NCBI GenBank assembly: GCA_965235115.1
Contig: OZ249445.1
Location: 12,152,001 to 12,216,000, forward strand
Length of the DNA stretch: 64,000 nt
Source of the DNA: Laetmonice hystrix
Lineage: Eukaryota
Direction of reading: 5' to 3'
The notes beneath the pieces are model-generated. The model saw nothing but the letters and a program-made list of their open reading frames with translations. It was not told the DNA's origin and did not search any database. This document shows positions 52,483 through 64,000 of the stretch, in pieces. How positions within the stretch are numbered: position 1 is the first letter of the stretch; the number at the start of each line of letters is the position of its first letter. The translations under genes were made by a program, and so were the position numbers.

Positions 52483-54166
52483 TACCCCACGGTTACTACA
52501 GAATGGCTTCAGCTGCTGTTGGCACCAACAGGCCGCTCCGGTGTCCCCCATGGTGATGCTAGCTATAGTGGCAGCCAATGCTCATTGAATGCACTGGATG
52601 ATGTAGATATGGCTACATCTGTGATGGTGCAGTGCAACGCCCAGCTGACGACTGGCCCGATCAATATGATTGGGCCATAATGTGCACCCTGACCGGCATC
52701 CAGATTATGACACATGGCGTAGCCGCCACACAAGGAATGGATCCGCGGACAGCAGCGTGGAGCGCTCGGTGCGGATTACAGCCATAGACTCGCTCTGTAA
52801 AGTATGGACAGAGAGGTGGGGGTGGGACGGGCAGCGCCGGCCACCAGAGGGAAAGGTTCACGGGCCGAGGTATACCGCCGGCGACAGGCTAGGGAATCCG
52901 GGAAAATCAATAGGTTACTAGAACAGGGACCGGGGTGCGGCCCAGGGAGGACGCTGCCTGATAGGAACCGCATCTGGGGCCAGGTGCTTTGTGTATGCTC
53001 AGACTATTTACCACCTACTGCATATTTACAACTGCGTCGAGTCCAGAAAGGGACCGGAGAAACAGATTTAGTGTGCCAGAGAGCATCCCATATAGGAGAA
53101 TATTAATAAATTTTATTGTTAAATATACTGATTTCAATCTAGTATGTGAATATATTTGCATGATGCCTTATCTGTAAATTGACAGATGGATATGAGATAT
53201 TGGTAAAGCATTGCAGTTAGAACGTTCAGAGTTTGTGTCTATAATTAATGAACGCCGTCCGAGTAGAAAACGTGCTGTTATTTTTCCCATCTATTGTTCA
53301 GATTTAAACAAGGTATAAAATTTGTGGAATTCAGGAAGAATAGTTACTGTCTCTGTGCATGGCCTTTATTATTATACATGAAAAATTCCCCCTGTTACGT
53401 TAAAACAAAACATTAGTCTAACTTTAAAACGAATTTCAGATGTAAAACAAGCATATGGATATATTCATATGTATGGTTAATGCCTGGACGAAAATTTTAA
53501 AAACAATTCAAATAATGAAACTTTGAGAGTTTGGAAGTCTATAGCTGAGAAGATATGTAAGAATAGAAAATACTTCTTTGTTCGTTTCATTTATTATAAC
53601 ACGGGGAGGTTTTGTTTTCCTGTGAAGTCCCACAGTGTGATTAATTTTACAGCTGTGACTGAAACAGATTTTATACCACGCCTTTATACTTCCTGTGTGG
53701 TTTTCAGCTTATATTTTTAATTCAGCGCGACTTTTTTAACCTGTCAACTGAGCTATGTTTCAGGAGCTAGTAGTTTCAGATATGTATGCAGGCAGGATAT
53801 AAGTCAGAGCGGAGAAGCAAGTCGGGCAACCAAGAGTCATTATTTTCTCGTTTTATAGACTTTTTTTAGGCATGCTGTATTTAATGATAAATTTTAATTA
53901 TTTTTTTACCTGCAGCATAATGTACTGACCTGTATTGTATATGGTTTTATAGGAAACATAATGGCTTGATCTAGCTTAAATTACCTGGGCTCGCTTCTTT
54001 CACTTTCACAAAAGACGTCCGTTACGTCGGCAATTAAATTAAATTTACCATGTAATTAGTAACTTGTCCAAGGTGTGTCTCAGCACCTCTGAGAGACGTC
54101 CGTTAGCCTAGTTTCTTAGCCTCCTCTCCTGGCCCCAGGCCCTTGTATTAGCCACCACCTCCTCGT

Positions 54167-54530
54167 ATGGCCCCAACCTCATCTCATGTAACCAGCCTCA
54201 TCTCATGGCCTCAACCTACTCTCATGGCCCCAACCTCATCTCATGTAACCAGCCTCATCTCATGGCCTCAACCTACTCTTATGGCCCCAACCTCCAATCC
54301 AATCTCCTATTATGGCACCAACCTTTTCTTGCCCAGCCTGTTATGTCCCTAGTCTCCTCTCATGGCCTAGCCGACTCCGATCGTCCAAACCTACGGTAAA
54401 CTCTCATAGTCATAGCCTCATCTCATGTCCCCAGCCTCCTCATGTCCCAAACCTTCCTTCACGTCCCGGCCTCTCGTTTGGCCTCAATCTCATGGCCCCG
54501 GTCTCATCAGATGGTCCCAGCCTCTTACAT
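54167..54530. repeat. 19-bp-subunit minisatellite with a 57-bp higher-order unit, decaying 3'
   Basis: atggccccaacctcatctc / atgtaaccagcctcatctc / atggcctcaacctactctc repeats with a 57-bp period at 54167, 54224 and 54281; degenerate copies follow. Confidence 0.9.
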
Positions 54531-55049
54531 TCTCCAACTTCCCCTTACAACTTACAAGGGTTCTTTCAGGCGCCTCGTGTCTTTTGGAGTCACTGACACT
54601 GATGGGTCTTACAACAGGAAGTCCTTTTTCTGGTGAATGGGGCCCGAAACTTAAGACTCGAGGGCGTGTTTTTCCGGGTGCTATATAGGAAGATTGATAT
54701 TATATTACATACAGGTAATTAATGGCTGAAGACCAGATGGTTCCTCTATGCACATTGCTCTCCACATCAATCATCATCAGAAGTCATTAAAATTTTATTA
54801 CTTCCACTACTGTTGGCTTCAATCCACGTAGGTGTAGATAGAGTGCTGATAAGATCTTAACTGCCAATGTCTTCATTGTGAAGATAAGTCCCAAGAAACA
54901 GAGAGTATTCTGGGAGGTTTTTCTTGGACAAAGGCAACAAGAATCTCGGAATCTTGTAGCAGGTTGGAAATGAAATTTTTCTATAGTTCTCTCAAACAGG
55001 AATGTTCATTCTTGATTGGCGAAAGGCTTCGTGCTCAGCATTGCAATTA

Positions 55050-55600
55050 CCATGATTATGTACAGAAGTTATGTAAAATTAATGACGATGTATCACATAG
55101 CCTGCATCAGTTAAAAAAGGTTGCGCTGACCAGAATTAGCTTGATTAAAGGCTATGTCGCAGCACCTATTGTTGATGGTGCACACGAGGTGGTGGATCCC
55201 ATTTCCATTGTCAGTGTCATCATTGTTGCTATCAATATCTCATCATTGTCGACATCGTTTAGGCCATTAAGGAGTGTTTGCATAGCTGGTGCCAGGGGTG
55301 TACTCTATCATGTTGATTCTGCATTATATTAATTACTGATTTATTGAAAAGCAAAAAGATCACTAGTCTGAAATTGATGGTATAAAACATGTTCAAATGA
55401 TCTTAGTAATCTTAAAATATTAAATGACATCCAAGGAGGAAACAGAAGTGCTGTTGTCGATCGTTTCTTTTGATATATAGCAACAAATGCATGTTCAACA
55501 TGGCAATGCTTTCTACCCATTGATGGTACAAAAATCTGAAATTCATTAGACTTTTTTCCCCATCCTGGGATCTTCTGACTGCAGCTGCGTTCCATTTCAC
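55050..55600 (-). mobile_element. Possible decayed piggyBac-like transposase C-terminus
   Basis: In order on the - strand, across frameshifts: HQWVESIAMLNMHLLLY (cf. W...DIAxLNAxILY), DNGNGIHHLVCTINNRCC and CRLCDT (cf. the Cys-rich domain). No TIR found. Confidence 0.25.
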
Positions 55601-56198
55601 AGTTGAGCAGCACCAGGATAATTAATAGTCATATATAGGCACAAGTAATTTCCTGCGTCACCACTGTGACACAATATGGGAAGGAGGCAGGGGACTTTTC
55701 GCATCTTTGATCAATCCCACATAAAATAGGCCATCAAAGAGCAACAAATATTGGCTTTCAAAAGTAATCAATGCCCTGGAAATGACAGAAGAAGTATGTT
55801 GTAAAGGGTTTTGTAAAGCTCTGGGGGCCGGTAGTTGAGTGCCCGTCTTTTTGTCGGACGGTCTTTGTTTGAGGGTTGACGCTGGCCCGGCTACTTCCTG
55901 CTAGCCCTGCAAGATGCATGATGTGAGGTGCACAGTATGTGCACGATGTGCACGCGTCTGGTAGTAGGAGCAGGAGTTTTCGTTGAGGGCAGCCGTTGAG
56001 GTGTGCATTACCGGAGGCCTGGGGGACGGTATGCCCTTCTTGATTCCGAATGGTGACGTGAGAAGGGATGGACGAAGGCCAGAGATGCTCCTCAACACAT
56101 ATCATATGGCCGACCCATATACATATGGCCCTGTCCTGTTGTGTAGACACACGAACAGACAGCTGTCTAGGCCGCATGCAGCAGCCATGCATGCATGT

Positions 56199-56238
56199 GT
56201 GGTGGTGGTGGCGGTGGTGGTGGTGGTGGTGGTGGTGG
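56199..56238. repeat. (GTG/CAC)n microsatellite
   Basis: About 13 gtg units with one gcg interruption. Confidence 0.95.
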
Positions 56239-59200
56239 GGGAGGGGCGGGCGGGGTTGGCGGTCGGTGAGTCGGGCCAAGGTTTGCCGCCGGCCCACTAC
56301 CGCTGGCTTCCAGATCTACCTCCTCCTTCTCCCCAGCCTCCCTGTCTCCTCATTGCTTGAGCCGGGCAGGCAGGGAGGCAGGCTCCACCACAGGGAGGTA
56401 GAACTAGGTCATCGACATGTCAGCTTGTTGTACCGTGCCCGCCCTGCTAGCCTCTGTCTCCCTTTGTGTTACCCCTCGCACTCTCTATGCCACGACAACC
56501 CACCCGGCCCCACCGTACATGCCACAATGGGGTAAATGATGCCGGCGCAGAGGAGGGATGCTTAGCAGTAATCGGGCTTGGGGTGTGTAATATTGAGTCT
56601 GGCGCTTGGACGGCGGGAGACAAGAGCTCGGCAGGGGAGCCACGTCCCTATCACCCCATGACCCCGCCGGCCACCAGAGGCACAGCCTCGGTCACTGACA
56701 GACCTGTAAGTGTTACAAGTGACAATCATCAGCAAGAAAAACAGCTTAGGACATCATATATCTCAAAACGCATCCCTTTTGTCGCTCCTTCAAAAGTGTA
56801 AAAACAAGCGTATTACACGGTGTACATATTCACAAAGGACCGCAGAGTGTACAATAAAGAATGGCCGAATCACTTTCTTATCAGGTGGGGAAAAAACCGC
56901 CATGTGTTAAAGAGATCGGTTGTCAGCTTCTGTTTTGACACTGAGAAAGGAAATCTAAATCTGACAGTAGTAAAAAACGGTGTTCAGATGGTTTGTGTTT
57001 CAGAAAGTAGACCATTTCTCGTGAACAGTACTTTGAAGGTGATATTGAGACTTTTCATTGTTCAAATCATATTCCTCATGCAGATTGATTTTTTTTCTCC
57101 CTAAAGGAAATATTGTTGTGTCAAAGATCTAGATTGTTGTCATGTCAGATTACATAAGAAATAAGTTTAATCATCTCAGTGGGATTTTTCCCCCCTTTAA
57201 GTCACATTTAATATACTTACATTGTTTCTTCACCCTAATGAGGTACTGCTTCATTAGTGTAGTATATCACGGGGAATAGCTTCCTTTGATTCCAAGTCGG
57301 CGGCGGCAGAATCCGTGCTGGCGGTTATCACTACGAGGTGTTTGTCGACATATACAGTCGGTATGGCTATAAAACCTGGGGGCTGGCTCCTCACTCAGTC
57401 CGTGCAGTGTGTTGGGATGAGGTAACACTAATGGATATGTATGTCGGTGCGAGCTGTGCGTATCTCTCCTTAAGTGTTTAGCTTTTCACGGTGTGTTTGA
57501 TGGTGATCAGGGGGAAAAAACTTACCATCGACATACAAGGAGCGGTGTGGGACGTGTTCTCTGGATGAAGCTTTGTATTTGCACTTAATTGCTTATATCC
57601 ATTAACACAATTACATTCTAAATGATATGTTCAATTACGTGGCTGTGCATTTGTATTTTTAATTGCACCGTCAATGCGAAGATGAGCCAATCAGCATATC
57701 GCCGATGGCAACTGGAAGCCGTACACAATCATTACGTGGTGCTTATCTATCGAAGATAATAGCCACGCTTCCCAGGGCTTTGACTGAACACATGTTTACT
57801 CGGCAATTATTGTCTTAAGACTCACAGGCCGGCAATCGCAGGCGGGGTCTCATTTAGACAAAAAGTTTGAGTGATAACCAATTGGACATCTTAATGGAAA
57901 GGTGGGTGCTTTTAACTTGTGCTTGCTGGGTGTTGCAAGGAGATCCCTCCCTTTGCCTCGGTACCATTTGATGGTCTGTGATCACCAACCTTAAAGCTTG
58001 CATCCTCTGCAAGTGGCAGGAATCTTGCTGAGATACAGCAATAGCTTGGGGAATGGCTTGATGGCATCAGATGCAGCCAGGTTCCACTGGCATTAGCTCC
58101 CTGCCTATCAAGTGGTTTGACCATTCAAGTGCTCAGGGAATCAATTCCGCATCCCGTCTAGCTTCATAAGGAAAGGCAAGCTAAATTTTGAGGTTGCCTT
58201 CCAGTTTTCAAGGAATCTTTATACAAGGACCTGTTTATTTGCATTGGATCCAGCCAAGTGAGGATACCAGTGGTATTACAGAGCTGACTTACCTGGACAC
58301 CGGTATTGTCATCATAAACTGTAAATGTTCTGCATGCTAATTACCGTTAATGTGTCCATTAAGTCATTAGTTATTAATAAGTAAATGACAGATTGGTGTA
58401 AACTATCAGGCTGCATCCTCTCATTTTTAATCAGCTGGTCTATAAACATACACCATTACATCTGACCGCAGAGGCGGTGTGATAAATATGGCTGGATTTA
58501 TTCACTGGAATCTTCCAAGTCTATTGTCCGTGAGTTGGCGTCGGCAATTTTTTAAAGCAAGGAGTGGTTGGTGTTAGAGTCCGAGAGGATATTTTTTGCC
58601 TTTCATTGATCAGTTTAGTCAGGTTGGTGTGAACGTTTGGCTGTGACTGTAATCAACGAACGGTAATACTCTGCTGATCGGATCTTTCTTTCCTTCTCAT
58701 CAAACTGCCATGGTAACGCGGCCTCCCGATGTATTCACTCACCTCCGGCAGGTATCGGCATACAGATACCCTTGTACCCAGTGCAGCCCAAACAAAGTAT
58801 GAAATGGGAAATGGGAAGAACTTATGGCCGCACAAACCTATAGACCATCCAAACATCCCGTTTTAAAGAAGAAAAAGAAACCAGTTGTGAGTGTGAGCCT
58901 AGAGAAGGTGCCATGGTGTACCTGGTATAGGTGGTCACCAAACCTCGGGGTTTCATAATGGGATGCGTCAATTTAATCAACCATTATCTGGGAGTTTAAT
59001 AAGACATTACATTTGTCTCAAAGTATCTCATTATTACCCCAAACAGATCGGGTTACACCTTACAAATTATTCCCATTGCGTTTAAATTAGAGGAAAAGTT
59101 TAGCATAGGGAATTTTTGGAATATTTGAGCATTTGAATTTGATATGTGTAATTTTTGGTGTAAGAGGGTTTATTGTGAAAAATAAAATATATATGGTACA

Positions 59201-62200
59201 GGTTTGCTGTAAGCCTCTTGGGTCGCAAGTACCCAGTAACAAGGCATCCACTTCCACCAACAGTATTTTAGGTTACCATGTACAGCTATATTGAAGACGA
59301 CTTCATTTGGGAAGGTCTCCCGGAATGGCACTGAAGGAATGGTGTCGAGTATGGCAGGAAAAGGTTCACCGAATACTTGATGGTGTTGTACCACCATATG
59401 TAGCTGTTGTGGGTCATTCCTCGGTGGTAAACAGCGCACCTTGAGTTGGTCTCAGTACTCGACTCGGTGCTCAATTAGCTGTGGGTGTTTGTGATTGGTT
59501 GTCGGGTGTCAGGTATGTTGGCTGTATGTGTGAGTGGTCAGATCACAAGGTGCACACGGTGTGACAGCAGAGGTAGGTGGTGGACCCTGGGCGGCCCCAT
59601 AATAGATCATTGCTAATGATTCCGGTAACAAGTCATAGGACACTTTGGAACTGGGATCCTTATTCTTCAGCCTCTTCTCAGCGTTTATTGAACTTTACTA
59701 CAACTGAGACGGGGCAAGAAAGAAGCACTTGTGGTGTGTTGGGTGAGAGTAAGTTGTTCAGTTTCTTAGGAGCTGGTGGTCATGATATACTTTAGTCTTA
59801 TTATAGTCTTTAGTGTTATTGAACATTTGATATGTTCCATAATCTGAACATTACGTGTACAAAAGTTGATAAGTACTGGTCCATAATGTTAAACATGATA
59901 GCAATCTTCTAACTCTTCTAAAAATGATTTTAATAATCTGTCCATAAATTTGATGCCATGATGACATTTAATGACATTATTACATTATTTGATAAGTGTA
60001 AGTAAATTGATACGTCCGCCATGAAACCGCCCACTGAGATCAGTAGCGTTCAGGTTCCCACTACGATAGGTTGAATGCGCGTGGTGCGGTCAGAACGTCA
60101 CTGGAATTATTAGCAGTGGCACGGACGACCTGTACATTGGTTTTGGCTTCAGTTTGTGGGATCAGTCTCCACCAGCCAGGCTATTTCTGAAGGTGCCGTT
60201 GATCTGTACGCCGAGAGGTGGTCATGGTACGCTCAAGGCGGTCAAGGTCCCACAGTTAACACCACACACACACGCACCAAGCCTTTGGTCACACCATTGA
60301 TGTTTGGAGTCGGGGAGCATTGCACGACGACCACACATATCGCACCATTATAAATGGCTTTCAGAATTTCCACTATCATAAATCCCAGCAACTCTTAAGT
60401 GTCAATAATTGTCTTGAGAAAGAATTCCACATCAGAATAGTAAAAAAAGTCCCTTTTGAAATATTGCTGTATCTGAAGAGTTGGCTGCCTGTATATGGCG
60501 GTAAGAGAAACAACAGTAAGGACTAGGAGAGTAACAAATTAGCCAATTTTCCAGCAAAGATAAGAATGATTGGTAGGAGTAGTTGCATGTTTCCATTCTG
60601 CCAATGTCATGACGAACGAGTTGGTATGGAGGAGCTGAATGCTGTAGGTACATCTGGTGATTCACCCAGATATAATGGTGATTAACTCCTTCAATGAGCA
60701 TGTTTAGTACTACATGAATAATGGCACTCAATGAAAGTAGCACTTTGAGACTTTCTTTTCCCCCCTCCCGTTCCCTTTTTTTAACCCAAACTGACTCGAG
60801 GAAAAATCCTCTTTGGCAGAAGGCATAAAAAAGTGTTTCAATCTTTGTAAGTGGTTGTTGTTATTGAGACGGGAGGGAATGTATGGGAGTCAGTGAGGAG
60901 CGTGGAAGGTGTTGGGGATAGAGCCCACTGTGAGCCCGATACGCCACCGTTGATGAATGAGACGTACGGGGTGATGTCATTGATCGAGAAATGATTGGCG
61001 TACAGCTATAAGATAGCGCTCAGAAACAATACACCGCCGTAACTCACAGAGAATGTATTTACCAGAATTCATTTCCTGGATTTGATACCGGTTCGTATTG
61101 TGCCAGTGACGGTGAGACAATGATGGTCGGACGTAGATTCCGAATCTCGATTCCAGCTGGTGTCATTGGATACTTGCTCAGATTGAATATGGGCCGCCGA
61201 CCATGGATAATAAATGCTATGTATGTGTATCACATATGAATTGCTTGTCACATCTGGCGTTTGCTGTGTTGTCATGCATAGGCCACGTCTTGTCTGCGAA
61301 GCGGGGATGTGCCAGTGCCGCGCCGTAATCCTTTTCAATATATGGTAGCGATTACATCTGTACTGATCATGCTTCAGTCATTGTCAGCATTTCATATTGG
61401 GACGTGCAGACTGCTTACACTAAATCCTGAGCACATTCGGTCGAATGATCTATTTAATACCAGTACATTGACTCTGAGGCTTACTATATGAGTACCTCAA
61501 GTGCGTTTTTATCGAAATGACAGACAGGAGGGCCAATTCAGTAGGAACGCAATCAAGTCTGCAAAATTGGCTCCCCTCGGCAGGCCGTGGATGTTAAACA
61601 CGGAATTAACTTTTTGATTGGCATGCTACAAATGAAGGCAGCTTTAAACGCCCTTCCATACTCATACATGGCATTTTCGTCCACTGTCATCAATTACGTG
61701 CTTGGTTCCCCTCAGAAGGCTAGAGTAGACTTTGCACAGAATCCTTTCGGTGTAAGCGCTACTCCTTATTCTTTTAGTGTATATTGCTTAATGCCATAAT
61801 TGATGAAGATTAATTTGTCACTGAGCGGCTGCTGTGGTGATCAGATGACAGGGTGGTGGGTTTGAAACCCGTTGGTGGCGTCACACTGATGGATCCACAC
61901 CTTTTCCTCCCGAGGATTACCATGTGGACGGTTTAGCTAAGTAAGGCAGACCGCGATCTTTTATCCACCGGATCGAAAGATTGGAGCGGCAGTTGGCGAG
62001 CCAGCTTGTAACTGTTTCAACCGTGTGTAGCTGGCTGCATGATGCCGCGCGCCGCACTGGCTTCACCCTGCTACCGCCGCCACCGAATTCCATCCCACTA
62101 CATGGCTCCGATACTGATAAATTACTGTTAAATGGAAAGTATTGATTGGCAGCAAAAATAGAACTTGCCACTCAAAAATAGCAACAATGGCTAGGAATTG

Positions 62201-64000
62201 GCATTTATTTTTATATGTCAGGTAGTCCACACAGGCCGTCTAATTGGGGTTGGGGGAACAGTGTGGTTTCTTCAGGAAGGGTTCTTGAAAGTGGCTCAAA
62301 GCGCGGGTCAGCTGACGGGGGACAAATAGAAGCTGCAGTCGGCTTGTATAGAAGTGCGTCACGGCGGACCTGTTAAATGTCAAAAAGCTGTAGCCAGCGG
62401 CGGACGGTGCTGATTGGATAAGTAGCGGCTGCGGACAGCACGCGTGCTTTGCATGAGGTCACAGGCCTCCATTTTGGATTGTCGATAGTGTCCATCACCC
62501 TGCCATATGCTATACCTTCGTCACAAGCCAGCACCGGGGTATCAGTGAGACCCCCACCCCCATCACCAACCAACAAGAAAAAATTCAGCTAGCATTAGGA
62601 ACAAATAAGTAATATGGAGGACTATAAATTTGCTTTTCTTCGCCTTGATTGCTTGTGCTGATGGATGCAGTCTGAGCAATGCCTAGCTAATGTCACAGAG
62701 TTTGAGTCACAACAAAGAGATGACCAAGTGCCAGTGATTTGTATGGTAACTCAGCCTTAGCCTGTGATGTACAATCTCCTTGGCTATTGAAATTTCACCG
62801 AAGTGAGATTGCGGTGAAATGTTTAGAATGTACACCCTGTATTTACATCGGACATCTGTCGTTGAATACATGTATGTCCTGCAATTGAAACGTGGGCCTT
62901 GGCCGCCATTGAACCGGCTCCCTATCCATAGAGCACCCGTTGACAGGCGCACAAAGGGGAGATTCGGCACCATTCTCAGTGGGGGCACGGGGAGCAAGTA
63001 AGCAGTCTATGCGAGGCATCTGTCACAAGTCGAGCACCCGCCGCCCTTCTCACCCGATATATGTGTGATGCATCGCAAGTAGCAACAGAAACGCCCAAGA
63101 TGTAAACTGCTCCCAACTATGTATACCAGCCGAGGTGTTTTCTCCAATTTCTGTGATAGAAATGTTTAAACTGCACGGCCTCTGTTTATATAGCTCACCG
63201 TTGCCATGGATACAGCAAATGTACAATGACATGTGAATGTTCTACACTGTCAGTGTAGAATATTCCAGGGCAGCTAAAATTTCTCAAATACGACAAAACA
63301 AATATTTGCCGCGAAGGAAGCAATTGAAGGAGAGTATCGTCAGTTTCATTGATGCTTGGTACGCCTGGAGGTTATCTTAGATGTCCCCCGAGGAATAATA
63401 CATAAGTTTGTAAGCCACACATGCAGCACAGACTGAATGAAAAGCTCTTCCCAAGTAACCATTTGACTGAGGCCGAAATAGAAGCCATTATCCTTATAGG
63501 CAGCGGCCGGATGAGAATATCAAAAGCATATCAATAGTGTTCATTCATGCATTAGAAAAGCACTAGGGGAAAGTTTTCCACACAGTCAATGGAGGAAACA
63601 ACACTGCCCTGGAATATATATATTTGCACTCCAGGCCGCTTTTATGTGCAAAGGATGTGTCCGTCAGTCGTTGCATATTTGCTTCATGATTGATGGACAT
63701 CATACATACATTATTCTACGATTATGTCAATTTTGTATATGTTGACCGCCACTGAGACACAATCAGTGAAGTGGAAGACTCTACTTTGAACTCATTCACT
63801 GGGCCCATGAGTCACAGTCCTATCACCAATATCACAACCAATTAGCTCTGATTTTGCAAAGCTCTGATTTTCATTGACAATGTTTTTTTTGAAAGCGTGA
63901 CTGTCAGATAGAGAAAATGCATAGTGCGATGTCGTTTGGTTGACACGTGCGTAGTTTATGGGCAAACTGAAGCTTTGTATGTAATAAAATGGGCGGCTCA

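Noticed and set aside
52280-52680. Poly-Ala, poly-Leu and poly-Cys ORFs on the + strand
   Set aside because: All are alternative readings of the CTG microsatellite.
55758-56535. Poly-His, poly-Val and poly-Trp ORFs
   Set aside because: They are driven by the GTG microsatellite and GC richness; no domain recognised.
61823-61870. tRNA or SINE head with B-box-like GGGTTTGAAACCC
   Set aside because: The A box is poor and no cloverleaf can be formed.

Overview
This is eukaryotic genomic DNA, probably from an invertebrate bilaterian (inference from GT-AG splice motifs, CTCF-like motifs, MITEs, minisatellites and roughly 40-45% GC by eye). It has no operons, no long intact ORFs, no rRNA or tRNA genes and no CRISPR array. 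Almost all listed six-frame ORFs are short, overlapping or repeat-derived. Well-supported features are six tandem-repeat arrays or duplications, two non-autonomous DNA transposons with TIRs and TSDs (TTAA Kolobok-type and 8-bp-TSD hAT-type), triplet microsatellites, a 191-N assembly gap, a likely promoter plus first exon near 41.2 kb, and two near-consensus CTCF motifs. Weaker features are scattered candidate coding exons on both strands, none assignable to a named gene, and several stop-interrupted frames that resemble decayed LINE, Helitron or piggyBac proteins by short motifs only. I found no convincing novel system. The best leads are the fossil coding tracts at 11-28 kb, the two-unit minisatellite and the regulatory-motif clusters. 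All protein-family guesses are by eye and need HMM or BLAST confirmation.
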